A stretch of DNA of 32,000 nt from Pasteurella multocida (GTDB taxonomy: Bacteria; Pseudomonadota; Gammaproteobacteria; Enterobacterales; Pasteurellaceae). Positions 8,984-23,512 of the stretch are shown in pieces (the first letter of the stretch is position 1; each line of letters opens with the position of its first letter). Position numbers and translations under genes: made by a program. The stretch is taken from assembly GCF_900187275.1 (NCBI RefSeq), contig NZ_LT906458.1:1860001-1892000 (forward strand), in the 5' to 3' direction. Below the pieces are notes generated by a model, which did no database searches, was not told the origin of the DNA, and was given only the letters and a program-made list of their open reading frames with translations.

Positions 8984-9137
8984 CTAACAGACAATCTGTG
9001 TGGGCACTTGTTGATTGATTTCATTTAAAAAAATTTTAAAATTGAAGTCTTAATAGGTGCTTAATACTGAAAATTCATGATACTTTTGAAGTAAATGTAA
9101 ACTTTTAGCTAAGCAGTTTATTGAGCGATTGAACTTT

Positions 9138-10679
<1,542 letters not shown>

Positions 10680-10772
10680 CCTAAAATGGAACGACTGCAA
10701 GTGTTCACACAGATTGTTTAGTAGATTGTATGAATGAAATATATGGCAAAGTGGAGAGCATCTTTACATGTT

Positions 10773-10848
10773 GTCCCCATCGTCTAGAGGCCTAGGACAT
10801 CGCCCTTTCACGGCGGTAACCGGGGTTCGAATCCCCGTGGGGACGCCA
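10773..10848 (+). tRNA. tRNA-Glu (anticodon TTC)
   Basis: GTCCCCATCGTCTAGAGGCCTAGGACATCGCCCTTTCACGGCGGTAACCGGGGTTCGAATCCCCGTGGGGACGCCA folds as a 76-nt cloverleaf with 3' CCA encoded. It lies in the 16S-23S spacer. Confidence 0.97.
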
Positions 10849-10875
10849 TTTAAAGATGACTTTTGTTGTCTTTAC

Positions 10876-10889
10876 TGTTCTTTAAAAAA
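10876..10889 (+). promoter_or_regulatory. Spacer boxA-like element
   Basis: TGTTCTTTAAAAAA between tRNA-Glu and 23S, resembling the boxA usually found ahead of 23S. Confidence 0.55.
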
Positions 10890-11073
10890 TTGGAAACAAG
10901 CTGAAAAACTGAAGAGATTTTCGAAAGAAAGTCTGAGTAGAAAAATCTTGCATGAAAAAAGGCATGCAAGTGTTTAGCGTTTAAACACAACATCAAGGTG
11001 ATGAAACTTGATTAATGCATTAGCAAAGGTTAATGGATTAATTGAGATTAAGTAAGAATACTTGAGGTTGTAT

Positions 11074-13973
<2,900 letters not shown>

Positions 13974-14124
13974 ACAACGCTCAAGTGTTTTTGGGTGTTG
14001 AGTGAGATGTTAGACGAAGACGAAGAAGAGAAAATTACTTTAGACAGCTTGTTTTTGATTAAAGTGCGAGAGTGAAGAAAGCACGAAGGAAGAACAGAAG
14101 AATAGAGAAGACATCAACCGAATA

Positions 14125-14242
14125 TCTTGGCGGCGATAGTGCAGTGGACCCACCTAACTCCATGCCGAACTTAGAAGTGAAACGCTGTAACGCCGATGGT
14201 AGTGTGGGGCTTCCCCATGTGAGAGTAGGACACCGCCAGGTC
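14125..14242 (+). rRNA. rrf: 5S ribosomal RNA
   Basis: CTTGGCGGCGATAGTGCAGTGGACCCACCTAACTCCATGCCGAACTTAGAAGTGAAACGC...GAGAGTAGGACACCGCCAGG; termini pair. Confidence 0.95.
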
Positions 14243-14254
14243 TGAATGAGAAGA

Positions 14255-14286
14255 AACCTCAAGTAGAGATACTTGAGGTTTTTTTT
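14255..14286 (+). terminator. Intrinsic terminator of the rRNA operon
   Basis: AACCTCAAGTA-gaga-TACTTGAGGTT followed by TTTTTT. Confidence 0.92.
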
Positions 14287-14826
14287 GTGTTTGGAGAGAG
14301 TGGGGATATGGGGAGAGTGTCATTCGCATAACAAGAAGTATAGTCATTACCCAAAAATCAAGCAGGACTAAGCAGTAATACAGTAATTAAGAAGCAATTA
14401 AGAAACAGCAATTAATGAGCAGTCAAGAGGCAATTAGGCAGGTTGTTTGGGGGAGTCGTCGCTTTGTGTTGGAATTAGACCTAAATTAGGATTGCAGTGT
14501 ATTGGGGTATTAAGCATGAGAGCCGATTGATTGGCTGTATAAGGTAACGAGTTTGTTGTTGAAAGTGATAGCATGTCAGTTAACTACAATCAATACAGCA
14601 AGTAAAGCAAATACAGTCAATACAGAGAAAGAGAGAAATGTGAAAATACATAGTTTTTTTCTATTTTTTGCATCTTCAGTCAGCTAGAAAGCTGATTTAA
14701 TCCCTTTAGTAAGGCTAATTTGGTAGCATATTTGATATTTTTAGTTTGGGGAAAGTTTTTGTAAAAAATCAAAAAAAGAGTAGAATAATTAAAATTTTTT
14801 TATTGCATTTTACACAAAGAGAAATT

Positions 14827-15339
14827 ATGGCGCGATTAAATGTACTTGTTTATCCAGATGAACGTTTGAAAATCATTGCGAAACCTGTTGTAGAGGTAAA
14901 TGACGAAATTCGTGAAATTGTGGATAATATGTTTGAAACAATGTACCTTGAAGAAGGGATTGGATTAGCAGCAACACAGGTTAATATTCATCAACGTATT
15001 ATTACGATTGATGTGGAAGGTACGAAAGAAAACCAGTATGTGTTAATTAATCCTGAAATTATTGATAGCTGTGGTGAAACAGGGATTGAGGAAGGCTGTT
15101 TATCTTTACCTGGATTCCGCGGTTTTGTGCCACGTAAAGAAAAAGTCACGATTAAAGCGTTGGATCGTCATGGCGAAGAATATACGTTGAGCGCCGAGGG
15201 GCTATTGGCGATCTGTATTCAACATGAAATCGATCACTTAAATGGCATTGTGTTTGCTGATTATTTATCACCGTTGAAACGTCAACGTATGAAAGAAAAA
15301 TTGCTGAAACTCCAAAAACAATTAGCAAGACAGAAGTAA
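14827..15339 (+). CDS. def: Peptide deformylase
   Basis: [40 protein letters not shown] and QHEIDHLNG. The start at 14827 is preferred over the tracked ORF start at 14746, whose extra 27 residues look like translated leader. Confidence 0.97.
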   Translation: MARLNVLVYPDERLKIIAKPVVEVNDEIREIVDNMFETMYLEEGIGLAATQVNIHQRIITIDVEGTKENQYVLINPEIIDSCGETGIEEGCLSLPGFRGFVPRKEKVTIKALDRHGEEYTLSAEGLLAICIQHEIDHLNGIVFADYLSPLKRQRMKEKLLKLQKQLARQK

Positions 15340-15401
15340 TTATTGATACCCACGTCAGTTAGCGTGGGTTGTTTTATTCATAACGTAGAACATTATTTTA
15401 T

Positions 15402-16355
15402 ATGACATCACTCAAAATTATCTTTGCGGGTACGCCAGCGTTTGCTGCCCAGCATTTACAAGCTTTATTGAATTCTCATCATCAAGTGGTTGCTGTTTAC
15501 ACGCAACCTGACAAACCTGCAGGGCGAGGCAAAAAGTTACAAGCCAGTCCAGTGAAACAATTAGCAGAGCAGCATAATATTCCCGTTTATCAACCGAAAT
15601 CCTTGCGTAAAGTAGAAGCACAAGAAGAAATGCGAGCCATTGATGCAGATGTGATGGTTGTTGTGGCTTATGGTTTGATTTTACCGCAGACCGTATTAGC
15701 TATGCCTCGTTTAGGTTGTTTGAATGTGCATGGATCGCTGTTACCGCGTTGGCGTGGGGCGGCGCCGATTCAACGTGCCATTTGGGCTGGGGATAAACAA
15801 ACGGGTATCACTATTATGCAAATGGATGAAGGATTGGATACGGGTGATATGCTGTATAAAGTGTATTGTGATATTGCGCAGGATGAAACATCTACTAGTC
15901 TGTATGCTAAATTAATGGAAATTGCCCCCCCCGCCTTATTACATGTCCTCGATGGATTAGATAAAGGAAAATTTGTATCTGAGAAACAAGATGATATAGA
16001 ATCATGTTATGCAGAAAAATTGTCTAAAGAAGAAGCAGAATTAAATTGGCATGTCTCTGCAGAGCAGTTAGAACGTCATATCCGTGCGTTTAATCCTTGG
16101 CCAGTAAGTTATTTTTCTACACGCGATCTCCAAGGCAATACCCAGGTGATAAAAGTCTATAAAGCCGCTGTTTTACCTCATGTTGATAAAGTGGCTGGGA
16201 CGATTTTAAGTGCGGATAAAAATGGTATTCAAATTGCGACTGCAGAAGGTGTATTAAATTTGTTGCAATTACAACCCGCGGGGAAAAAGCCAATGGATGC
16301 GCGGGACTTGCTGAATGGGCGTGCAGAATGGTTTCCTGTTGGTAAGGTTTTATGA
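15402..16355 (+). CDS. fmt: Methionyl-tRNA formyltransferase
   Basis: 317 aa with [30 protein letters not shown] and [23 protein letters not shown]. Confidence 0.97.
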
Positions 16356-17695
16356 TGCAGAAATTCGTAAAAAACGTGAAAAAGCAAACTGTACTTCTTT
16401 CAACAAGAGCCATTGCTGCACAAATCATTTTACAAGTTCTGGATCAAGGTAAATCGCTATCAACCTTGATTCCAGACACGCAACATCAAGTTAAAACACA
16501 AGATTTACCTTTATTACAAGAAATTTGTTTTGGGGTATGTCGTGTATTACCTCGTTTAGAACTGATTATCAAGCAACTTGTGGACAAGCCATTAAAAGGA
16601 AAAACACGCATTGTCCACTGCTTATTATTAGTTGGCTTGTATCAGCTCCTTTATACTCGCATTCCTGCTCACGCGGCAGTTGATGAAGTTGTCAATGCAA
16701 CAACCGCGTTAAAAGTGGAACATTTCCGTGGTTTAGTGAATGGCGTGTTACGTCGTTTTTTACGTGAACAAGAAACCTTATTAGTGAAAGTTGATAAACA
16801 TTGGCACACATTGCACCCTGATTGGTTAGTTAATCGTTTGAAAGAAGCTTATCCAAATTGGCGTGAGATTGTTGAAGCGAATAATCACAAACCGCCGATG
16901 TGGTTACGTGTCAATCAGCAAAAAAATAGCACAGAAACGTACCGCACTTTATTGGCAGAACAAGGAATTGAGGCGGAAAAGACGGATAATCCGTGCGCAT
17001 TACGTTTATTGCAGCCTGTGGCAGTATCTCAATTGCCAGCATTTCATGAAGGTGCAGTGAGTGTACAAGATGTGAATGCCCAATGGTCAGCCTTGTTATT
17101 GGCACCAGAAAATGGTGAGCTCATTTTAGATGCCTGTGCGGCACCCGGTGGGAAAACAACGCATATTTTAGAGCAAGCCCCACAAGCGCATGTGGTTGCT
17201 CTAGATGTTGAAGCTACTCGCCTTAAACGTGTGCATGAAAATTTAGCACGAATGCAACAGCAGGCAACGGTGATTTGTGGTGATGCCACACAGCCAGCAC
17301 AATGGTTAAAGCAACTAAGTGAAAGTGCGGTACAATTTGACCGAATTTTATTGGATGCACCTTGTTCGGCAACCGGCGTGATTCGACGCCATCCCGATAT
17401 TAAGTGGTTAAGACAAGCATCGGATATTAGTGCATTAGTGGCACTACAAAAACAAATTTTACAAGCGCTCTGGACAGTATTAAAACCAAATGGAATTTTA
17501 TTGTATGCAACTTGCTCGGTTTTACCAGAGGAAAATGCATTACAAATTGAACAATTTTTAACGAACAATGTAGATGCGAAATTAGAGCCACTCCCGTTTA
17601 CGGTTGTAGAAGGGGCTGTTGGGTATCAGTTTCTTCCAACTGAGAATGGGGGTGACGGTTTTTATTATGCTAAGTTAAGGAAGGTAGTTTCATGA
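16352..17695 (+). CDS. rsmB: 16S rRNA (cytosine-967-C5)-methyltransferase RsmB (Sun)
   Basis: 447 aa with an N-terminal NusB-like domain, [16 protein letters not shown], and [18 protein letters not shown]. It overlaps the fmt stop by 4 nt. Confidence 0.96.
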
Positions 17696-18516
17696 TGAAC
17701 TTTAATAAAATGTCATTTTCAAAAATCGATGTTGTGATTCCTTGTTATAACGCGGAGAAAACGCTCATTCGTGCGGTAAACTCCGTCTTAAATCAAGAAT
17801 TACTGAATCATTTATGGATTATTGATGATTGTTCTACAGACAATTCATTCAAGCTTGCCAATCAAATTGCTGCACGTTTCCCAGAAAAAGTGACTGTTGA
17901 GCGACTCTCTCGTAATGGTGGTGTTGCTAAAGCCAGAAACTGGGGTGCTGTTCAAAGTAATGCGGAGCTAATTGCATTCTTAGATGCGGATGATGCTTAT
18001 GAGCCTGAAGCGCTTAAAGTGGCTAGCTGCGTTTTTCATTTCCGTCCTGAAACCGTATTAGTGAGACTGGCTATGAAACCAGTTGGTCTGTCAGAAGAAT
18101 ATACGGAACACCCCGACTTTGAAAGCGCTTGGGAAACTGTGCAAATGTCATTAGCGGGGAACGTTGTGTTTCGTCGCGCTTTTTTATTAGCATGTGGTGG
18201 TTTTCCACAAGAGTCGCTCTTTAACCGTTTAGGCGGTGATGATAATGCACTTGGTGAAGCAGTGGTGAAATTAGGACGTGTTGCAACGCTTTTTGAAGAT
18301 GTTGGCGTTTTATATTATTGCCATGAAGGGATGAAAGCAGAACGTTTATTAGATGCTGTTTTATTCGGTAAAAAACCGAAAAATAGTTTACCAAACGATA
18401 TTCAAGTTGCAGAACAAGTCACGGAGAATATTTGTAAACATGTGGAACAGTTGAAGAAACTATTGGATGTACAAGAGGTGGGTGTTAAACCTTTGGTGAT
18501 TGAGAGAACAGAATAA
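17692..18516 (+). CDS. Family 2 (GT-A) glycosyltransferase
   Basis: 274 aa with [56 protein letters not shown] and [10 protein letters not shown]. It overlaps the rsmB stop by 4 nt. Confidence 0.9.
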   Translation: MMNFNKMSFSKIDVVIPCYNAEKTLIRAVNSVLNQELLNHLWIIDDCSTDNSFKLANQIAARFPEKVTVERLSRNGGVAKARNWGAVQSNAELIAFLDADDAYEPEALKVASCVFHFRPETVLVRLAMKPVGLSEEYTEHPDFESAWETVQMSLAGNVVFRRAFLLACGGFPQESLFNRLGGDDNALGEAVVKLGRVATLFEDVGVLYYCHEGMKAERLLDAVLFGKKPKNSLPNDIQVAEQVTENICKHVEQLKKLLDVQEVGVKPLVIERTE

Positions 18517-19892
18517 TGAAAATTATCATTCTTGGTGCAGGGCAGGTTGGTAAAACGCTTGCTGAGAATTTAGTCAGTGAAGATAACGACATTACATTAG
18601 TCGATAATCAATCACTGCGATTAGAAAATTTACAAAGTAAGCATGACTTACGAGTCGTTAATGGTTCTGCTTCTTCACCAAGAGTGTTACGTGAAGCTGG
18701 TGCGCAAGATGCGGATTTATTAGTGGCGGTTACGAGCTCTGATGAAATCAATATGGTAGCGTGTCAAATTAGTTATACGCTTTTTAATACGCCCACTAAA
18801 ATTGCGCGTATCCGTAATGCGGAATATTTACGTGAAAAAGATAAATTATTCCAAACCAATGTGTTACCTATTGATCATATTATTTCACCGGAGAAATTAG
18901 TCACTGACGAAATTACACGTTTGATTGATTATCCAGGTGCGTTACAAGTGGCACATTTTGCGAATGGTCGCATTAGTTTGGTCGTTGTGAAAGCCTATTA
19001 TGGTGGTCCTTTAGTCGGCTATGCGATTTCTGCTTTGAAAGATCATATGCCACATATTGAATGTCGTATTGTGTCTATTTTGCGTCAAGATAAAGTCATT
19101 CGTCCGCAAGGATCGACCATTATTGAGGCAGGTGATGAGATTACCTTTATCTGTGAAACCATTCATATTAAAGCTGTGATGAGTGAATTACAGCGTTTAG
19201 AGAAGCCGTATAAGCGCATTATGATCGCAGGCGGAGGGAATGTCGGCATTGGTGTTGCGAAGAATTTAGAAGGAAAATGTTCCGTTAAATTAATTGAACG
19301 TAATGCAGAACGCGCGACGGCATTGGCTGAAAAATTATCGAATACTTTGATTTTTTGTGGTGATGCTTCTGATCAGTCTTTTTTGTTAGAAGAGCAAATC
19401 GAAAATGTGGATGTGTTTTTATCGCTCACCAGTGATGATGAAGCGAATATCATGTCAGCATTGTTAGCAAAACGACTTGGGGCGAAGAAAGCCTTGGTGT
19501 TAATTCAACGTATGGCATACATTAACTTGATCCAAGGTGGCACCATTGATATTGCCGTTTCGCCACAACAGACGACGATTTCTGCGTTGTTAAGTCATGT
19601 TCGTAAAGGCGATACAGTGAATGTGGTCTCTTTACGACACGGGGTTGCTGAAGCGTTAGAGATTATTGTGCATGGCGAAGAAAGTTCGTCGCTTGTGATT
19701 GGACGTAAAATTTCTGAATTGAAGCTACCACAAGGGGCGATTGTGGGAGCGATATTGCGTGGTAATGAGGTGATTATGGCGAAGAAAAATCTCGTGATTG
19801 AAGATAATGATCATGTCATTGTGTATTTAAGTGATAAGAAATTTGTGTCTGATATCGAGAAACTTTTTCAGCCAAGTGTATTCTTTATTTAA
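18516..19892 (+). CDS. trkA: Trk system potassium uptake protein TrkA
   Basis: 458 aa with two RCK/TrkA-N domains ([19 protein letters not shown]...; [18 protein letters not shown]) and TrkA-C domains. Its ATG overlaps the preceding TAA by 1 nt. Confidence 0.96.
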   Translation: MKIIILGAGQVGKTLAENLVSEDNDITLVDNQSLRLENLQSKHDLRVVNGSASSPRVLREAGAQDADLLVAVTSSDEINMVACQISYTLFNTPTKIARIRNAEYLREKDKLFQTNVLPIDHIISPEKLVTDEITRLIDYPGALQVAHFANGRISLVVVKAYYGGPLVGYAISALKDHMPHIECRIVSILRQDKVIRPQGSTIIEAGDEITFICETIHIKAVMSELQRLEKPYKRIMIAGGGNVGIGVAKNLEGKCSVKLIERNAERATALAEKLSNTLIFCGDASDQSFLLEEQIENVDVFLSLTSDDEANIMSALLAKRLGAKKALVLIQRMAYINLIQGGTIDIAVSPQQTTISALLSHVRKGDTVNVVSLRHGVAEALEIIVHGEESSSLVIGRKISELKLPQGAIVGAILRGNEVIMAKKNLVIEDNDHVIVYLSDKKFVSDIEKLFQPSVFFI

Positions 19893-19974
19893 AGTAGCGT
19901 AAATAAACTGTACAAAAAATCAAAAGTTCTTATAATGACTAGGATTTTAGCTAACATTTTATTTAGGAGTTTTT

Positions 19975-20376
19975 ATGAGTTTTGTTAAAGAGTTTCGCGA
20001 ATTTGCAATGCGAGGCAATGTTGTCGATATGGCAGTCGGTGTGATCATCGGTGGTGCATTTGGTAAAATTGTCAGTTCTTTAGTTGGTGATGTAGTGATG
20101 CCAGTATTAGGTATTTTAACTGGTGGTGTGGATTTCAAAGATTTAAGTATTGTGTTGAAAGAAGCAGCGGGTGAAGTGCCTGCAGTCACGTTAAATTACG
20201 GTGCATTTATCCAAACAGTCTTCGACTTCGTCATTATTGCCTTTGCGATTTTCTTGATGATCAAAGCGTTAAATAAATTGAAACGTGAAGAGCCAAAAGT
20301 AGAAGAACCTGCAGAGCCAAAACTATCAAACGAAGAAGTCCTATTAACGGAAATTCGCGATTTATTGAAGAAATAA
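19975..20376 (+). CDS. mscL: Large-conductance mechanosensitive channel
   Basis: 133 aa: [46 protein letters not shown]. Confidence 0.97.
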   Translation: MSFVKEFREFAMRGNVVDMAVGVIIGGAFGKIVSSLVGDVVMPVLGILTGGVDFKDLSIVLKEAAGEVPAVTLNYGAFIQTVFDFVIIAFAIFLMIKALNKLKREEPKVEEPAEPKLSNEEVLLTEIRDLLKK

Positions 20377-20510
20377 TCGTTTTGACTCGTCGAAAAATCT
20401 TCCCTAGTGGAAGATTTTTTTATTTCAACCGGGCTCCAATCGTCGCAACTTGTATAAGCCATTTATACCCTTTACAATACAGTCAATTTTATTCCTTAGA
20501 GGTAACCAAC

Positions 20511-20936
20511 ATGATCGACTTCAACGCGCTAAAAACAGAAACCAGAGAGATTATCACTGATCTCTTAAATGACGGCAGTGATCCCGATGCGTTATACATT
20601 ATTGAGCATCACATTGCTCACCACGATTTTGATAAATTAGAGAAAATTGCGCTGGATGCGTTTAAGTTAGGTTACGAAGTCTCAGAAGCGGAAGAGTTTG
20701 AAGATGAGAAAGGTCATGTGATTTTTTGCTTTGATATTATTAGCGAAGTGAAATTGACACCTGAAATCATTGATGCACAGCAAAAAGAATTACTCCCGTT
20801 AGTTGAAAAATGTGGTGGTACCTATGATGGTTGGGGAACTTATTTTGAAGATCCAAATGCAGAGGATGACGAATACGGTGAAGATGGTGAGTTCTTTGAC
20901 GACGAGCTAGATGATGAGCTGAACGAACGTCATTAA
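20511..20936 (+). CDS. rraB: Ribonuclease E inhibitor RraB
   Basis: MIDFNALKTETREIITDLLNDGSDPDALYIIEHHIAHHDFDKLEKIALDAFKLGYEVSEAEEFED, with an acidic C-terminus. ATG 20511 is preferred over 20382. Confidence 0.93.
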   Translation: MIDFNALKTETREIITDLLNDGSDPDALYIIEHHIAHHDFDKLEKIALDAFKLGYEVSEAEEFEDEKGHVIFCFDIISEVKLTPEIIDAQQKELLPLVEKCGGTYDGWGTYFEDPNAEDDEYGEDGEFFDDELDDELNERH

Positions 20937-20954
20937 AAAACATTTAAGAATAAG

Positions 20955-20987
20955 ACCGCACTTTTGGCAACCTGTTGAAAGTGCGGT
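20955..20987. terminator. Opposed uptake signal sequence pair downstream of rraB (putative terminator)
   Basis: ACCGCACTTTtggcaacctgttgAAAGTGCGGTTTTATTTT. Exact 9-mers at 20955-20963 (-) and 20979-20987 (+). Confidence 0.75.
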
Positions 20988-21055
20988 TTTATTTTGAACT
21001 ATTTTGTTTACTTTCTGCCTAACAAAGAGTGACTTTACATCATAGGAAAAACGTT

Positions 21056-21769
21056 ATGACATTAAAACATCTTGCTTGGATATTCCTTGCGTTACCAATT
21101 GCGCTGAATGCGCAACCTGTAGACAATAAACTACAACATAATCAAGTTCAGTTCAGTGCTGAAGTGGTCAAAGAAATTGATAAAGATGAGTTGCAAGTAA
21201 CACTTTATTTACAAGAAGAAGGGAAAGATGCGAGCGCATTAAATCAACTCATTGTGGCACGTATGAATCAGGCGCTTGATGCCGTGAAAAAACACAGTAC
21301 AGTACAGGTTGTTTCTCAACAACGTTACACACAAGTGCGTTATGGAAAAGAGGGGAAACAAAATGGTTGGATTGATCGCGCTGAAATCGTGCTAAAAAGT
21401 CAAGATATGCCAATGTTGTCGAAACTGGTGGCAGAGTTAAATGAGCATTTTAAAATTGGCGGTATGTATGCCACCGTGTCTGAAGAAAGTTTAGCGCGTG
21501 TGGAAAAAGAAATGACCGAAGCTGTATTGCAAAAGTTTGAGCAAAAAGCACAATTGATTCAGTCTTTAATGAAAGCAAAAGGTTATCGTTTAATTGAATT
21601 GGATTTATCTCCTCATGATGTGATGGGCTCAACAAGAAGCTATGCGGTATCGATGAAAAGTAAAGACGCTTTTTATAGTTCTTCTGCCGATCACGAAATG
21701 GCCCTTGAAGGTGGCAAAACAAAATTAAGAGCCGTTGTGCAAGCGAAAATTGAATTAATCAACGATTAG
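21056..21769 (+). CDS. Periplasmic SIMPL (DUF541) domain protein
   Basis: Signal peptide MTLKHLAWIFLALPIALNAQP followed by a DUF541-like domain. ATG 21056 is preferred over 21029 because it gives a clean signal peptide. Confidence 0.8.
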   Translation: MTLKHLAWIFLALPIALNAQPVDNKLQHNQVQFSAEVVKEIDKDELQVTLYLQEEGKDASALNQLIVARMNQALDAVKKHSTVQVVSQQRYTQVRYGKEGKQNGWIDRAEIVLKSQDMPMLSKLVAELNEHFKIGGMYATVSEESLARVEKEMTEAVLQKFEQKAQLIQSLMKAKGYRLIELDLSPHDVMGSTRSYAVSMKSKDAFYSSSADHEMALEGGKTKLRAVVQAKIELIND

Positions 21770-21832
21770 CTTTCTAAGCAATGATATTTCTTATACAATA
21801 CACGAATTCATTCGCGAAAAATTGGAGTAATA

Positions 21833-22432
21833 ATGAAAATTGCAAAAAATGTTGTAGTGAGCATTGCTTATCAAGTGCGCACAGAAGACGGTGTATTAGT
21901 TGATGAGGCGCCAGTAAACCAACCTTTAGAATATTTACAAGGTCATAATAATTTAGTGATTGGTTTAGAAAATGCACTCGAAGGTAAAGCAGTCGGTGAT
22001 AAATTTGAAGTTCGCGTTAAACCAGAAGAAGCATACGGTGAATACAACGAAAACATGGTACAACGTGTACCAAAAGACGTTTTCCAAGGCGTAGATGAGC
22101 TTGTTGTGGGCATGCGTTTTATTGCAGACACAGATATTGGTCCATTACCAGTGGTGATTACCGAAGTGGCAGAAAACGATGTTGTTGTGGACGGTAACCA
22201 TATGTTAGCAGGTCAAGAGTTACTATTTAGTGTTGAAGTCGTGGCGACACGTGAAGCAACATTAGAAGAAATCGCCCATGGTCATATCCATCAAGAAGGT
22301 GGATGTTGTGGTGGTCATCATCACGACAGTGATGAAGAAGGACATGGCTGTGGCTGTGGAAGTCATCACCATCATGAACATGAGCATCATGCACATGATG
22401 GCTGTTGTGGCAACGGTGGCTGTAAGCACTAA
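21833..22432 (+). CDS. slyD: FKBP-type peptidyl-prolyl isomerase SlyD with a His/Cys metal-binding tail
   Basis: 199 aa with an FKBP core (MKIAKNVVVSIAYQVRTEDGVLVDEAPVNQPLEYLQGHNNLVIGLENALEG) and C-terminal GCCGGHHHDSDEEGHGCGCGSHHHHEHEHHAHDGCCGNGGCKH. Confidence 0.95.
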   Translation: MKIAKNVVVSIAYQVRTEDGVLVDEAPVNQPLEYLQGHNNLVIGLENALEGKAVGDKFEVRVKPEEAYGEYNENMVQRVPKDVFQGVDELVVGMRFIADTDIGPLPVVITEVAENDVVVDGNHMLAGQELLFSVEVVATREATLEEIAHGHIHQEGGCCGGHHHDSDEEGHGCGCGSHHHHEHEHHAHDGCCGNGGCKH

Positions 22433-22455
22433 TTCTAGAAATTTGATAAAAAAGA

Positions 22456-22480
22456 ACCGCACTTTACAGTGCGGTTTTTT
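22456..22480 (+). terminator. Intrinsic terminator of slyD containing an uptake-like repeat
   Basis: AACCGCACTttacAGTGCGGTT followed by TTTTT. One arm is an exact uptake 9-mer (22456-22464), the other is CAGTGCGGT. Confidence 0.85.
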
Positions 22481-22568
22481 TATATTATAGCTAGACAAAG
22501 TCTAGCTATAAAAACCATACGCTTTGCGTATGGAACAGAAAAGCTTAAGCGGTGAGCAGAACAAAACA

Positions 22569-22618
22569 TCCTCCTATAATGAACAAGGCTGACAACCAAA
22601 ATTCAACATATAGGAGGA
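22569..22618 (+). promoter_or_regulatory. Inverted repeat sequestering the tnpA ribosome-binding site
   Basis: TCCTCCTATA (22569-22578) is the exact reverse complement of TATAGGAGGA (22609-22618). The right arm contains the RBS just before the ATG at 22625. Confidence 0.75.
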
Positions 22619-22624
22619 TAAGTC

Positions 22625-23089
22625 ATGGCAAGTAAATCCAATGACGATTCAAGTCTATCACACACAAGATGGAACTGTAAGTACCACATAGTCTTTATCC
22701 CTAAGTATAGGAGAAAAGCAATTTATGGAAAATTGCGAGTTGATATAGGAGGGATACTAAGACAATTATGTCACTACAAGAATGTAGAGATAATAGAGGC
22801 ATATGCAATGAAAGAGCATATCCATATGCTGTTAAGGATACCTCCGAAACTGGCCGTTTCAAGTTTTATGGGGTATTTAAAAGGTAAGTCATCGCTAATG
22901 ATATTTGAAAGACATGCAAATTTGAAATATAAGTATGGGAATCGAAATTTTTGGGCGAAAGGCTATTATGTAAGTACAGTAGGTTTAAATACAAAAATTG
23001 TAGAGGAATATATCCGAAATCAGGAAAAGGAAGATATGATTCAGGATAATTTATCGAAGAAAGAATATATGGACCCCTTTAAGGGGTAG
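22625..23089 (+). CDS. tnpA: IS200-like transposase TnpA (Y1 HUH family)
   Basis: 154 aa: WNCKYHIVFIPKYRRKAIYG, the HUH motif EHIHMLLRIPP, and the tyrosine helix IVEEYIRNQEKED. Confidence 0.93.
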   Translation: MASKSNDDSSLSHTRWNCKYHIVFIPKYRRKAIYGKLRVDIGGILRQLCHYKNVEIIEAYAMKEHIHMLLRIPPKLAVSSFMGYLKGKSSLMIFERHANLKYKYGNRNFWAKGYYVSTVGLNTKIVEEYIRNQEKEDMIQDNLSKKEYMDPFKG

Positions 23090-23118
23090 GCAACAGAGTT
23101 ATTGAACGGTTGTCAGAA

Positions 23119-23146
23119 TTCACATGCCCCTTGAGGGGCATGTGAA
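23119..23146. repeat. Subterminal hairpin at the right end of the IS200-like element
   Basis: TTCACATGCCCC-ttga-GGGGCATGTGAA, a perfect 12-bp stem, 30 nt after the tnpA stop. Confidence 0.8.
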
Positions 23147-23171
23147 GTACTAGGCCCTTATAGGGTGGCCT

Positions 23172-23197
23172 AAAAACCGCCCGTTTTACGGGCGGAT
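23172..23197 (-). terminator. Intrinsic terminator of the minus-strand YdcH-like gene
   Basis: Read on the minus strand: CCGCCCG-taaaa-CGGGCGG followed by TTTTTA. Confidence 0.75.
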
Positions 23198-23203
23198 TGT
23201 TAT

Positions 23204-23416
23204 TTATTTATGTTTCTTTAATATCACATAGATTTCATCTTTTAAGCGGAGTTTTTCTTTTTTGAGGTTTTCCACTTCTTGCGGGGTACCGAGCTCAATA
23301 TTGGCTTCAATATTTTTAATGCGATGATCAAGTTCGTTATGTTTTTCGAATAAACGATTAAAATGTGCATCTTCGAGTTTGAGTTTAGAAATTAAATCAC
23401 GAAATTCTGGAAACAT
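23204..23416 (-). CDS. YdcH family protein (DUF465)
   Basis: 70 aa: MFPEFRDLISKLKLEDAHFNRLFEKHNELDHRIKNIEANIELGTPQEVENLKKEKLRLKDEIYVILKKHK. Confidence 0.88.
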   Translation of the reverse strand: MFPEFRDLISKLKLEDAHFNRLFEKHNELDHRIKNIEANIELGTPQEVENLKKEKLRLKDEIYVILKKHK

Positions 23417-23512
23417 AGGTTGCTCCTTTCATATCAGGTTAAAGTATAAAAACTATACACATTGTTATCTTATCGAAATTCGTTCTCAATTACTGTGTTA
23501 GAGATCACAAAT

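Larger units (their letters stand above)
22485..23170 (+). mobile_element. IS200/IS605-superfamily insertion sequence, IS200-like (exact ends not resolved)
   Basis: Intact single-ORF TnpA, subterminal hairpins on both sides, no TnpB, and no terminal inverted repeats of the DDE type. Confidence 0.82.

Noticed and set aside
10768-10977. 69-aa ORF overlapping tRNA-Glu
   Set aside because: The first third is the tRNA itself (MLSPSSRGLGHRPFTAVTGVRIPVGTP is translated cloverleaf sequence).
14059-14262. 67-aa minus-strand ORF over 5S rRNA
   Set aside because: It is antisense to 5S rRNA and its 5' flank.
14746-14826. N-terminal extension of def in the ORF track
   Set aside because: The extra 27 residues are AT-rich leader translation. 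[14 protein letters not shown] is the family-typical start.
20382-20510. N-terminal extension of rraB in the ORF track
   Set aside because: It covers the mscL 3' terminator region (cttccctagtggaagattttttt). The ATG at 20511 has its own RBS and matches the family start.
22262-22498. Met/Thr/Val-rich ORFs over the slyD 3' end on both strands
   Set aside because: Shadow translations of the His/Cys-rich metal-binding tail of SlyD.
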